From positions 171,010,769 to 171,030,583 of the forward strand of contig JANKJI020000002.1 in the NCBI GenBank assembly GCA_024626585.2: DNA of 19,815 bases, in the 5' to 3' direction. This stretch comes from Ginkgo biloba. Lineage: Eukaryota; Plantae; Ginkgophyta. The position numbers were made by a program, and so were the translations under genes. The notes beneath the pieces were generated by a model. It searched no databases. It had not been told where the DNA came from and saw only the letters and a program-made list of their open reading frames with translations. This document shows positions 1-11,768 of this stretch, piece by piece (position 1 is the stretch's first letter; each line of letters opens with the position of its first letter).

Positions 1-274
1 CATAACTCTATAGAAATAACATTAAATTGGCTTGCACCCCTAGTTCCCAAGTGAAACCCTTGCCAATCACCCTTTTGCATCACCTTCCCTACATCGATAT
101 GGTGTAAAACTAAGAGACTCTACCAAACTATTCCCATTCTTATTGCATTGCCAATCCTTCCACCATAACCCACATAACTCTATAGAAATAACATCAAATT
201 GCCTTGCGCCCCTAGTTCCCAAGTGAAACCCTTGCTAATCACCCTTTTGCATCACCTTCCCTACATCGATATGG
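1..274. repeat. Tandem repeat, 172-bp unit (at least 1.6 copies, runs off the window edge), downstream of the LINE ORF2 stop
   Basis: 1-102 (cataactcta...catcgatatgg) recurs at 173-274 with 4 mismatches in 102 bp. Confidence 0.9.
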
Positions 275-386
275 AGGAACCACTTCCTTCCCATTTTAAC
301 TAGAGATCCATCTGATCCTTACTTCCACTGTGGTTTGATCCTCTCCCCCAACATCATTAATCGATGAAAATATTAGCAACATAGTT

Positions 387-820
387 TTATTCCTTAAATA
401 GAGAATCTCTTCTATCAAACTTGAATTACCACTCCCTCTTTCCATGCCTAGATTTGCTAGCTCATCTTCCCATATATTCCACTTTCTTTCTAGCTAGCTT
501 ATCTCCCAAAACTTAAAGTACTAGAGATAATATTTTATCTCCTTAATAATCCCTAGTAAGATTGCATTTTTACAGCAACAATAATTTTGCACTAGGTTTA
601 TTATTAGTTGAGAATCACAAAAAAGTTTGACCCTCCAGACCCCCTTCTCCATAAATATCTTCAGGCATTTTCTGAGGGCTTTGGATTCTGCTAAGTTATT
701 TGAAGAGATATCCAAACCTTCCTAGTAGGCAACCTTACTATTGCTATTTGGGATCACAACGAGACAACCGAGACCTGCTTGCCTTGGGTTATATTTCAAG
801 GCTCTATTAAAGAAGAGCAC
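387..820 (-). pseudogene. RNase H domain at the C-terminus of LINE ORF2 (degenerate)
   Basis: One frame reads VLFFNRALKYNPRQAGLG...SNNLAESKAL...LFCDSQLIIN...ERKWNIWEDELANLG. This matches the RNase H pattern DGA.KGNPG.AG / NN.AE..AL / DSQL / AD.LAN, with internal TAG stops. Confidence 0.85.
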
Positions 821-3677
821 ACTCTCATTTTGTTTAAAATAATCTTTATATAATTTTTCTTCTTTTCTTCCCTACCTAACCTTCTACCCTCTTCCTGGGT
901 AAATGTTGATAACTCATCCTAAGACATCATCCTTAAGCTATCTGCCTTATTCCTAGATGAATCCTCCTTGAACTTCAAGATTGATATACACTCCCCTATC
1001 AATTTATTTGCTCCTCTCAACACACTATATGATGATGGTATTTTATTGTTAAAGATGATGTTGTTACGTTCCAACCATAAAGACCACAAAATGAATTTAG
1101 GAAAGGCCAATCTCAATTTTAATAAGGACCTAGATCTCTTATCTGACCTACTCTTGGCCTTATCCAATCTATTCTATTCTGATAGCATATCTATAATATA
1201 GGATCCACCAATTACCTCTCCCTACTATCCTCTTAGCAAGAGTAAAGTCTATTTCCAAACCTCCCTGCTGAAGCTACATTCCTAAAACAAGTGAAGAACC
1301 ATTTCTTCTTGACTCTCACAAAGAGTACATCTAGAAGGACCTTGGAACCCTCTTCTCCTTAAGTTGTCACTAGTAGGTATCACATTATGTAGGATCAACC
1401 ACACAAACAAATTGACCTTCAAAAGTCTTGGCATGTTCCAAATAATCTCCCACCTCTTGTTTGGAACTAAACCTCTTTATTTTGAAATCACCTCAAACAT
1501 CCCTTGACTGAATACTCACTCTGCCCCTGAATTTTCACCCAGGCTAGTTTGTCTTCTTTCTTAGAAAGAAAAGGTTCCCTCTTTTAGAGGCATCCAAGAA
1601 AATTTTGAGAGGAGGTCTCAAGGTCTCTAGGAAGGTCTAGCCAATCCTCTACCCCTTTCCATGAATGAACCAGGATAGGACCTCTCGGGATCCTTAGTGG
1701 CCTTCGCTTAACAAATTTTTTCAGTCTCCACAATCCTTTCCTAAAAAACCAATCTCTTAGTTGTTTTAGATCCACCTCCTCCCTTAAAGGTCTTAAATCT
1801 TGAAAACCTTCATCAAATAACATAATTTTCTTCCTATTTCTTAGAATTTAGGATAAGTGGTGTTGGATTAGGAGGAGCCCCTGAATAATATTTTGCCAAA
1901 GCACCATGCCCTAACTATGGGGATTAGAGTGTCATAAGAAGGCATACTTTGAGATGCCTCCACTGTACTTATATAAAATTATATCTTTCCATAAGGCAAG
2001 AGGTCCCATACCTAACCTCTAAGCTTGATTTGCTCCCAAAGCTAGAGCCACATTCCCCATTCTTCTAATGCCCAAGGCTCCTTTCTTTTTTTTCTTTACA
2101 TATGGAATTCTAGTTAACTAAGTGAATTATCTATTTATCTTTCCCTCCCTTCCACAAAAAAGGATCTCATGATTTTTTTGAAACTCTCTAAAACTCCTTT
2201 TGGAGCAACAAAAAAGGAACAGAGGAAAATTGGAAAGAAAGTGAGCACTGACTTGATTAGGGTTACCTTCCTATCCAAAGTCCACCAGACATAGGACCAA
2301 CATTTTATCTTCCTTTTAAACTTCTAAAGCAAAGGTGACCAATACTTCTCTTTAAACAGAGAAGGGGACAAAGGGGCCCCAAGATACCTCATTGGATTAT
2401 CAAAATTTCCTTGTTGAAACCCTAATAACCTATACATTCTGTTATGCAGTCTCTACGAGCCATTTAGAAAATAGACCAAACTTTTTTATCCTCATTTACT
2501 TTACCTCTTAATTCCCTTAATAATGTTCCCAGAGCTTCTTTAAAAACTTTAGCATTATCTATGGAGGCTTTACCCAATAAAATTATGTCATCTACAAACT
2601 GGGCATGGGAGATTCATTTGTAATTTGATGTCACCTCCATTTCAACCAAGAGACCCCTCTTTGCCTTACTTCCTAGGAGTCTTCCAAGGTATTGAAATGC
2701 TAGGATAAAAATTCTAAGGGATAAGGGAAAACCGTATCTAATACCTCTACTGATTTTAAAAAACCCAGCTAGGCTTCCATTGATCAACACTAAGAAGTAA
2801 GGAGAGGAGATGCAACCTTCTACCCATTGTCTCCATTCCATATAGAAACCAAACCATTCTAAAAAATTTAGGAGAAAGTTCCTATTCAAACAGTCATATG
2901 CTTCGGCCATGTTGAGTTTGATGAGCATCATCCTTTTCTTTCTTTCTTTTATTGAGTGGAGAACCTCTTGAACCAGAACCACATTGTTAGCTATCTGCTT
3001 ACCCTAGATAAATCCCCCTTGCTCATAAGAAATCAACTTGGTTAGCATTCACTTTAGCTTGTTTGCCATCAACTTTGTTATAATCATGTAGCATTCATTA
3101 GATAGAGATATGGGTCTAAATCTATCAAAGCTTATTGGATTTTTTTCTTTCGGTATTAATGCTATAAAAGTAGCATTTAATTTGCCCAAGTTTTTGCCTG
3201 ACTTCCTTGATTCCTCACAATATCTTAGTAGATCACCTTTAATGATATCCCAAGTGGCCTTGAAGAAGTTAACTTGAAACCCATATGGACTTGAGGACTT
3301 TTTCTCTTTCATACCCATAATTGTACTTTCTAATTCCTCCAAAGAAATTAGTCTCGTCAAGGAGTTGTCTTCATTCAAGATCAACTTTGAAATCAACCCC
3401 AAGATTTCATCCTAAGCCCCCAATATGTTCAATTGATCTTTTAAGATGAGGGATGAAAAATAGTTAATTGCTTCTTCCTTCATCTTCTTTAGAGAGGACA
3501 ACCACTCCCCAATGGATTTTTTTATTCTTCCTATGAAGTTTGAGTGGGTTCTTTGAATTATAACTTTTTGAAAGAAGGAGGTGTTCCTATCCCTTGCCGA
3601 AATCCATATCATCATTGATTTGAGATGCCACATTTCTTCCTGCACTTGAAGAAAGGTGTCCAATCTCTTAAAATATT
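387..3677 (-). mobile_element. Degenerate L1-clade LINE, copy A: 3' part of ORF2 (RT, zinc-knuckle/zf-RVT, RNase H)
   Basis: Minus-strand motifs in order: FRPISLSN (3049-3402), KLNMAEAYD and RGIRYGFPLS (2614-2982), ISHAQFVDD (~2587-2613), RYLGAPL (~2370-2390), KVTLIKSVL, KVNLFVW..IPTSDNLRRRGFQGPSRC (~1325-1420), ILWSLWLERNNIIF (919-1167), then RNase H ending at TAA 387-389. Many stops and frameshifts. Confidence 0.95.
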
Positions 3678-3777
3678 NNNNNNNNNNNNNNNNNNNNNNN
3701 NNNNNNNNNNNNNNNNNNNNNNNNNNNNNNNNNNNNNNNNNNNNNNNNNNNNNNNNNNNNNNNNNNNNNNNNNNNNN

Positions 3778-6332
3778 ATCGTTCTCTCTTTTAATTTTGT
3801 CGAATGAAGGGCCTCTTGAACTAGAGCCACATTATTTGCTATCAACTTACCTTAGATAAACCCCCCTGCTCTTCTGATATTAACTTATGTATCATCTGCT
3901 TCATCCTATTTTCCATCACCTTTATAATAATTTCGTAGCACACATTGGATAGGGAAATTGGTCTAAATTTGTCAAAAGTTATTGGGTTATTTTCTTTCAG
4001 AATTAGAGCTATAAAGGTAGTATTTAACCTGCCCAGGATCTTCCCCGACTTCCTTGATTCCTCATAATATTTTAATAGATCATATTTAATAATGTCCCAG
4101 CTGGCCTTAAAGAAATTCACTTGGAACCCATCAGGGCGTGGAGATTCATCCTATTTCATTCTTGAAATAGTGTTCTTAAGCTCTTCTAAGGAGATTAGCC
4201 TTACCAGGAAAGCATTGTCTTCCTATGAAATTAGTTTCAGGAATACCCTTAGTATTTCATCTTAATCCTTCGATATGTCCACTCACTTCTCTAAGAGGGG
4301 AGTTATAAAGAAACTCATCACCTCCTCCTTAATCTCTTCTAGGGACGATAACCACTCCCCACTCAATTTTTTGATCTTCTCTATAAAGTTTGAATGAAAT
4401 TGTTGCATCAAAGCTTTTTAAAAGAATGAAGTGTTATTATCTCCCACCTCAAGCCATAACATTCTTGGCTTTAGATCCCAAGTCTCCTCCTCATTCTCCA
4501 AAAATACATGCAAGGCCTTAGAAACTTTTGCTTCCTTAGTTTCTAGTTCTTGGGAGAACCCCCACCTATCAATTTTCTCTTGAACATCTACCAAGGATAT
4601 ATCCTACTCCTTCAAGGACGTTTTGACAAAGGCTACTTTTTTTACAAATCTAAACATCTTAGAGCCCCAACCTGACTCCCCTTCTCTCCACCACCTGTGA
4701 ATATTACTTAGAAAGTTTTCTTCCTTGATTAGAAGGGGGTTGAATTTATAAGGGACATTCCTCAACTTTCATAAGGAAAATAACACAATGCTTACCGCTC
4801 TGTGGTCTGAGGCCCCACTTACCAGTACTTTAGATTCATGTCTTTGATGCAATGAAATGCAATCGCTGCTCACCAAAAATCTATCCAAATGTTCAGCCAC
4901 GTATCCAACCCCTATTCTTCTGTTTGACCAAGTAAAGGAACCTAATTTAGGATTTACATCTACCAGTCTAAATTCTTGCATTCCTACTAGAGCAAGATCC
5001 ATGTCTAAATGGCCTGTCCATAGACCACCTCTTTTATCCTCTTTGGATAGAGTTATGCTCCAATCCCCACTAATGATCCATTTATTTAGCCTTAGAAATT
5101 TATCCCTATTCCAAATTTTCTCCCATACCTTCTCTTTATCCTTGCTTATTAGTGATACATATAGGTTAGAGATCTAATCCAACTTATTCTCTATTTTACT
5201 CTCAACCTTTAATGTCATCCAATGCTTACAAGTTTCTTAAATTTAAACATTATATATAACCACTTTCCACAAAATTTCCAAACCTCCTATAGTACCTTTT
5301 TCTCCTACCATCTATGTTTTATAATCTAAATATATTTTTCCTAGCATATCCTTCATGTTCTTAATACTCAATTTTATTTCCTGAATAAATACCAAATCTA
5401 GATTTTTGATAATTATAACCCTTTTTGGAGCTATTTTCTTTACGAGTGAGATCAATCCCCTCACATTCTAGGAAATGAGATTCATTTGATACCCAATTTT
5501 ATCTTCATTTTGGATTTAGAGCTATCTAAGATTTTCCCTTGTAAGCCTTCCTCAAGGCCCAATTTTATTTTCCATTCCCTTTTCTATTTCAAAGAGGGTC
5601 TTCCTTGATTTTTTAGGTTTACCTTCCTACATCCATTCCTACCAACTTGTTCTTTCTCCTGTCTAAATTTTTTTTGGTTTTATGCTTCTTCAATCTTTTT
5701 GACAGTTCCTACCTCATTGACCATGATAGAGGATCTGTGTCAAGAATTCCCTAGGTATCTTCTTTAATAAAAAAATCTTCCCTCACAACCTCTTTTCTGA
5801 CTATATTTTCCCCCAACTCACTCACTAATACTTTGCCAATCATATTTTTAAATATTTCCACTATTTCCCTACCCCTTCTCCCCTCCTCCTTTGAAAAAGG
5901 AACCTATAAAATTCCTTGATCTAGAGAGGCATTCTCCTCTCTCACCTCTACTTAGGCTTTAGACTAGAGCACCTTCATTTCATTCTAGGACTGAAGCTCC
6001 TACCCATCTTCCTCTAAATTCTCAATCCTCCTGGTAGTTATTAATAAGCATTCCCCACTCCCATCCATAAGCTTAGATCCTAGAGAATCCTTCTATTCCA
6101 TTTTTTCCTTCGGGTCTCTCGATCAAATGGACAACATATCACTCATTCCTATATCATTGACTGACCCCAAAAATAGGAGCACTGAGTAATTTTTATAAAA
6201 TAGAGAATGGGCCCAAGATTATTCTTATTGTAGGCATTAATTCTTGAGTAATTTATCTGAATTAGGTTTCTTCAGGGATGAACCACACCTCCTCTAAAAA
6301 TAATGTTGGCAAATTAGTTTCTCTTTACTTTG
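3778..6332 (-). mobile_element. Degenerate L1-clade LINE, copy B: ORF1 C-terminus, AP endonuclease and RT N-terminal region
   Basis: ORF2 start MNLIS*NVRGL...DLVFIQE at ATG 5485; FTWSNRR..LDRFLVS..SDHRAV (4769-5002); PDGFQVNFFK and FRPISLSNVCY (3842-4140). ORF1 tail GRPSLK*KRE..G.QGKI ends at TGA 5482-5484. Confidence 0.93.
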
Positions 6333-6432
6333 NNNNNNNNNNNNNNNNNNNNNNNNNNNNNNNNNNNNNNNNNNNNNNNNNNNNNNNNNNNNNNNNNNNN
6401 NNNNNNNNNNNNNNNNNNNNNNNNNNNNNNNN

Positions 6433-6700
6433 CCCTCCCCTTCCCGAGCAGGGTTAATGCCACGATGTGGCATTAACTACAGCCCATGCTATCCACCTTG
6501 GCTAGTAGATGGGATATGCCCCTCACACCTCCTTCCCTCAACCTCTCCATCGACACTTTCATTGAGCATAGAAACGTAGAACTAGAAGGTGGAGCAAGGG
6601 TGAATAGAGGGAAAGGTAGAACCAGGAGGCGAGAGAATGCAGGGGCATACCAAAAAATACATAGATTATGTGGTTGCAAGAGAAAGAGAGAACGTAGGGG
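6433..6700 (-). mobile_element. Possible 5' end (5' UTR and ORF1 start) of LINE copy B
   Basis: GC-richer than the flank. On the minus strand a pyrimidine-rich leader precedes a purine-rich MERLREGGVRG stretch, as is common at plant LINE ORF1 starts. Abrupt switch to AT-rich DNA near 6720. Separated from the rest by a gap. Confidence 0.4.
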
Positions 6701-8052
6701 CATATCTAATCACCCAGGAGATCAATTTTATCAAGTAGGCATATATTTAGTGAAGGAAAATATAGTAAGATTTTTAATTAAATTATAAAAAAAAGGGCAA
6801 ATATTTTAGATTTTGACTCATAATTTTTAAATTTAATAATTTGAAAATCAATCAAATATTAGCCAATGGTGAAAAGTAGTTAATAAATTTTTTTCTTTTA
6901 TGAATTTTGTATTTCCTTTGTAATGTATCTCATTAATTTTCTAATGAGATCTATGAATATATGTAAAAATTCTTATATAGACAAAATTGTATTTCTAGTT
7001 CATTATTTTAATTATATGCTTGGTTTCTACACTCATTGTGAAATGTTAATAACAAGGTAGCTTCCCTCTTGTTTATATCTAAAAATCCTCTAAATGATTG
7101 TCCCTTGTTTTCTTAAATATAGAAGTTAGCCAAATTCTATACATTTCATGCATGGCATTATACCTTCATTTTTTTATTTGATGTCGATTGTTGGGTCACA
7201 TAATTAAAGATGAATGGTGCCTATCTCACTCATCATATAACCTTTACTCTTCCACAATAGGTAATATTTCTACGCAATGTCATCCATATTGAGTTACAGT
7301 GTATATTGAGTTATTATTCACCTTTGTGTGGGTTTTTTGTTTATTTGTCTAAAGTGATTATACATAGATGCAACTTTATTAGTGTATTTATTCTTAGATG
7401 TCTCTAGGTTAATAATCTTTCAACATTTAAATGAGTGATATTGTGGGGCTAAAGGTGTGATAATGAAACCACCAAACCTTTAGGGAAATTGAGCCTTTAG
7501 TAATATCTTATGACTTATTATATTTTTTCTTCCTTGATATGTTCATAATCCCCTTTATATCTTAGATATACTATGTGCTCCCACTAACCTTGCTTATGGC
7601 ATCATTATTATATTCATTCTTTGTTTTCCATAATATTGATCCAATAAGAGCTAACAATCACTTATTTACCTTCAATATATATTCCTTTCTCATTAATTCA
7701 CTTAATCCAATCAAAGTTTTACCATTAATTATGAATTGATTATTTGTATAGATTTATTTATTTTCACTCTTTAATATTTAACAATCAGATAGAAGATGAT
7801 GGGATATATCTAATTATTGAGGAATTTACAAATGATGGGATGTATTTTCCATATATGTTCCCTCTATCTAGATGTATACTCAATTTTTAAATTTGATCCT
7901 ATCAATATCTAGCCTAGCTTAAGTAAATGGATCTTGTTATTATATTATGACTCATCTACTACCTAGTTTTATGAGATATAAGCACTATTGAGGATAAAAT
8001 TCACATAAGAAACCCACTAATATATGATCACATACTCGAGTATAAGAGCGAT

Positions 8053-8070
8053 GAGAGAGAGAGAGAGAGA
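8053..8070. repeat. (GA)9 microsatellite
   Basis: Nine consecutive GA units read directly. Confidence 0.9.
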
Positions 8071-9767
8071 GGGAAAAAGTATATATATAAATAAGTGGAT
8101 AGTAAGAATGTCTAGTGACAATAAATTTGAGTTGTTAAGATCACCACACCATGATCCATTATGCATAAGATACCCAATCCAACATACCCTTATTACCTAA
8201 GACATAATCTATCAAGTGTAGAGATAAAGATTGGCAGTACGGAATATGATGCTTTAGCCCCACCACTTTCTAACTAGTGGAAATCCTTGGGAATGTATGG
8301 TAATAATTTAGGTNNNNNNNNNNNNNNNNNNNNNNNNNNNNNNNNNNNNNNNNNNNNNNNNNNNNNNNNNNNNNNNNNNNNNNNNNNNNNNNNNNNNNNN
8401 NNNNNNNNNNNNNATATGAGAAAAAAATGCAAGAGATTTTAATAACCCTTTAATTGTGATATTTATTTTTTTCCACATGGAATAAGCCATAATAAGAGCA
8501 ATTACAATAAAAAACGAGCTAGACTTATCATGTTTACAAAAAGTTTGATATCAAAAAAATTAAAAATTGAAGTGGGTCAAATGTGATGTAAACACAAAAA
8601 AATGAAAATCAAAAGAAAGAAGGGAATAAATGAAGGAATAAATATCATAAGTAAAACTTCAAACTTATTTAAAATGGAGTGCTATATGCAGTACCTAGCT
8701 ACCTATCCAAAATGGAGAAAAAACATATTTGAATCTTATATTAGATCTGCTACTTAGAAAATAAATAGGAATATATGAAGCAATAAATTACAATAAAAAT
8801 TAAATAGAATATACACCTACACACATATATAATTGATAGACCATATGCCTCTTAGAATTTCATTGGTCAAAAGATAATACCAAAATGATAAGGTCCACTA
8901 AGTATTCAAAAGTATAAAATATTTACATCCATAAATTTTTTTGTTTACAACATTTAAGGTCCATAAAATATTTTATGGCCCTTAATATTCTGAAAGCTTG
9001 GAACAGCTCAATCTTCGGCATAAGAAAACAAAATTGAAATTCGACATCGAGCATTAAAAAAAACAAAATTGATTACATGAAGGCTAAAATCAAATTGACC
9101 GTTCCTAGAGCAACATTTGCACATCTTTCTGAAATCTTAAAAGAACCAATTAATCACTTTTAAGCTTCTAAATTATCAAATAGGTTAGCCATTATACACA
9201 TCCAATGTTTGAAAAATACATAGCGCCTCTGCACATGGAAGAAAATTAAAGACAGACCGATGTTGAGACATTGACATTGCCTTAATATTGAATTGTCAGC
9301 AGCTAAAACTCAGAAAGACAGAAGATATGCTCAAAATTTGGCTGTCGTGGCTGATTATTGGTCCTTCTGTTTAAGATTTGATTTTTGAATTAGACAATAA
9401 TGCATTTAAAAAATGGTGCAAGCTTTGCATTTTCCAGAAGAAGCCAGTGTGGTCCAGTGATCTATGCAGATAAGAACTCTCAATTTTGTAAATCGTTGCA
9501 AGAAATGCTCTCTGTACAAAGACCACGCTAGCATTTTTAGTTCATGTGCGGGCATTCATGTTTGGAAAACATAGGTGTCCAGAACAAGCATTCAAGGCAA
9601 ATGATGAATGCAAATTTCAAAATCAAACTTACATGTGCTCCATTTGTAACAATATCATTTTTAGAAATCGACATGTTCAACTAAAAAGATTGAACATAAA
9701 GCTCAAGCCATCATAAATCTTTCAAAGCTCAGTGATTGCCGAAAATCTTCGTTTTGGAAATGGGCTA

Positions 9768-9926
9768 TCAGCATGTGCTAACAGAATGCTCGGCTAACTC
9801 TGATTCCGGTGGATTTTCTGTTTGCTCCCTCACTGATTTAGTGTATTCTTCCATTTCCTTTTTGTATTGCGCCATCGCATTTGCTGCCTGATCAATCCAT
9901 ACTTGCTTCTCTGGCTCAGTCAGCTC
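9768..9926 (-). CDS. 3xHMG-box: 3xHMG-box terminal exon (ELTEPEKQVWIDQAANAMAQYKKEMEEY...HSVSTC*)
   Basis: cttttttag|GAG acceptor; helix 3 of box 3; stop TGA 9768-9770. Confidence 0.95.
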   Translation of the reverse strand, partial: ELTEPEKQVWIDQAANAMAQYKKEMEEYTKSVREQTENPPESELAEHSVSTC

Positions 9927-10239
9927 CTAAAAAAGGGGAAAAAAAACACACAGAATTAAAGGCCCAGGGATAGATTTGATGTAATACACCTAGAGTTGTA
10001 TTCCCTGAGAGGGTTTCTCCAATTTAAAATCCTTGTGCAACTTTCATTTCTGTGGTATGCTTTTTGTACTCGTTCATTTTCCTTATCGCATATTTAATGA
10101 TTATTAAGACTGAAGTGTACCTGTGGGAAAAATTAGTTTNNNNNNNNNNNNNNNNNNNNNNNNNNNNNNNNNNNNNNNNNNNNNNNNNNNNNNNNNNNNN
10201 NNNNNNNNNNNNNNNNNNNNNNNNNNNNNNNNNNNNNNN

Positions 10240-10278
10240 CCTGGCCTTTCCTGGGCTAACTTTTTCTTTTTCTTTTTG
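10240..10278 (-). CDS. 3xHMG-box: 3xHMG-box exon 10, 5' part (S-KKKKKKLAQERPG), remainder in gap
   Basis: ttttgcag|C acceptor completes the phase-2 Ser; aligns to SKDERKKLTEERPG of the Arabidopsis protein. Confidence 0.88.
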
Positions 10279-10507
10279 CTGCAAAATGAACAATGGAAGA
10301 ATATAACTATTTGCCTCCTCTGCCCATTACTTATTTACCAGTAGACTTGTTCAAGGAATTCAAAGGAATTCATTGCCAATCATCTCCTTTCCATTTTTTG
10401 TTGCCAATAAGTTTAACTAAACTACTTGATCAATTCACAACCATTCATAGCCATTTATTCTTTTGACCAATGAACTTATTCAACGAAAATGGTTCGTCAC
10501 TTCAGAC

Positions 10508-10605
10508 CTGAAAATTAAGAACGATGTTGGAGGCTTTTTTGGCCTGTTTGGATCCAAGATTTTCTCTTTTAGCTGCTTCCTTTGCTGAAGATTTTCCTTC
10601 ATACT
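10508..10605 (-). CDS. 3xHMG-box: 3xHMG-box exon 9 (SMKENLQQRKQLKEKILDPNRPKKPPTSFLIFS)
   Basis: Start of HMG box 3; phase-2 donor AG|GTCTGA at 10507; acceptor mostly hidden by the 24-N gap. Confidence 0.92.
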
Positions 10606-11460
10606 CNNNNNNNNNNNNNNNNNNNNNNNNAATATTTGAGAGACATCAAGATTGTCGTCCAACTGGGAAAAAATTACTGTCCCCACAGCTTGAGGACAAT
10701 AGGGAAAGAGCAAATTTTATGGCCTCAAAAAGACGTGAAACAGCAAAAATCAGTTAAAAACCAAAACCTTATATATCCATGGGAAAGAATGAGATATTAC
10801 AGCAATGCCTCAACTTCAAACTGAAGAGATGCATTAGTTGCAATCTTGTAAATGTTGGACATGACAATATTTTGGTCACGGCGAGACACCAAAGAAATGT
10901 CTTGCCTCAAAAGAAAAGCATGGAAATCGACTTGAAATGACGGAAATGTCTAGCAAGCGCATAAACATAGAAATTGACAATTTTGGACACATGGCACACA
11001 GCAAAAATAGGAGTGTAGTCTTCATTCTATGGCACGATGTCAAAGACGGCAATCGGTCTTTTACACCTGGGTACAGAACAAAATGCATGACACTACGACA
11101 CAGATCAAAAATAGAAATTAGAAGCTTTGAGGGATTGAACAAAATATAAAAGATAAGTCTTCACTCCAAGGCGCAGAACAGAAAATAATTTACACCAAAA
11201 GAGGATCAACTAGACATGACACTTTGGTCCGTAGAAAGTTTACACCAAAAGAGGGCCTTGCTACAGATGGAAAACATAAAAGAAACAAGAGTCTTTGTTG
11301 CAGTGGAGTGGTGCAGAAAAAGAGAAAAGAAGCGCCAGTAAAGATACAACAGTCTTTATGGCACAGGTGGATAATGTAAAGATTCAGCAAAGGAATGCCT
11401 TCACCATTGTTCTTGCAATCATTTTGCTGTTTTCTATGGCATGCAATGTCATTTGACTAC

Positions 11461-11480
11461 CTTCTTTAGCAAATCTGTTT
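11461..11480 (-). CDS. 3xHMG-box: 3xHMG-box exon 8, 3' piece (TDLLKK plus donor)
   Basis: AA ACA GAT TTG CTA AAG AAG|GTAGTC. Joining to the 5' piece through the shared AAACAGA restores a 105-nt in-frame exon. Confidence 0.8.
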
Positions 11481-11580
11481 NNNNNNNNNNNNNNNNNNNN
11501 NNNNNNNNNNNNNNNNNNNNNNNNNNNNNNNNNNNNNNNNNNNNNNNNNNNNNNNNNNNNNNNNNNNNNNNNNNNNNNNN

Positions 11581-11768
11581 TGCTTAAAATTTTTAAAATT
11601 TTGACTTAAAAAAATATTAAAAATCTTCTGAAGCTTAGGATTTTTCCTCCATCTGTTTGTCTAACAGAGTCATCCGTTTGTCTAACGGATTCCTCCCCTA
11701 TTTTTTTTTCTTCACCTATTTGTCTAACGGATTCCTTGTCCGTTCACTCCAGGGCAAATGCTCTTTTC
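11581..11768. mobile_element. MULE/MITE-like terminal segment interrupting exon 8 (other end in gap)
   Basis: Minus-strand terminus GAAAAGAGCATTTGCCCT; three TTTGTCTAAC repeats; direct repeat tctgttt at 11474-80 and 11767-73 flanks the segment plus gap. Confidence 0.5.

Noticed and set aside
10240-10278. Apparent frameshift in exon 10 (ORF track shows KVSPGKAR)
   Set aside because: With the phase-2 intron the frame reads SKKKKKKLAQERPG, which is intact.
10631-11460. Short ORFs and a 16-bp direct repeat (11189, 11239) in intron 8
   Set aside because: No recognisable domain; ordinary intronic sequence.
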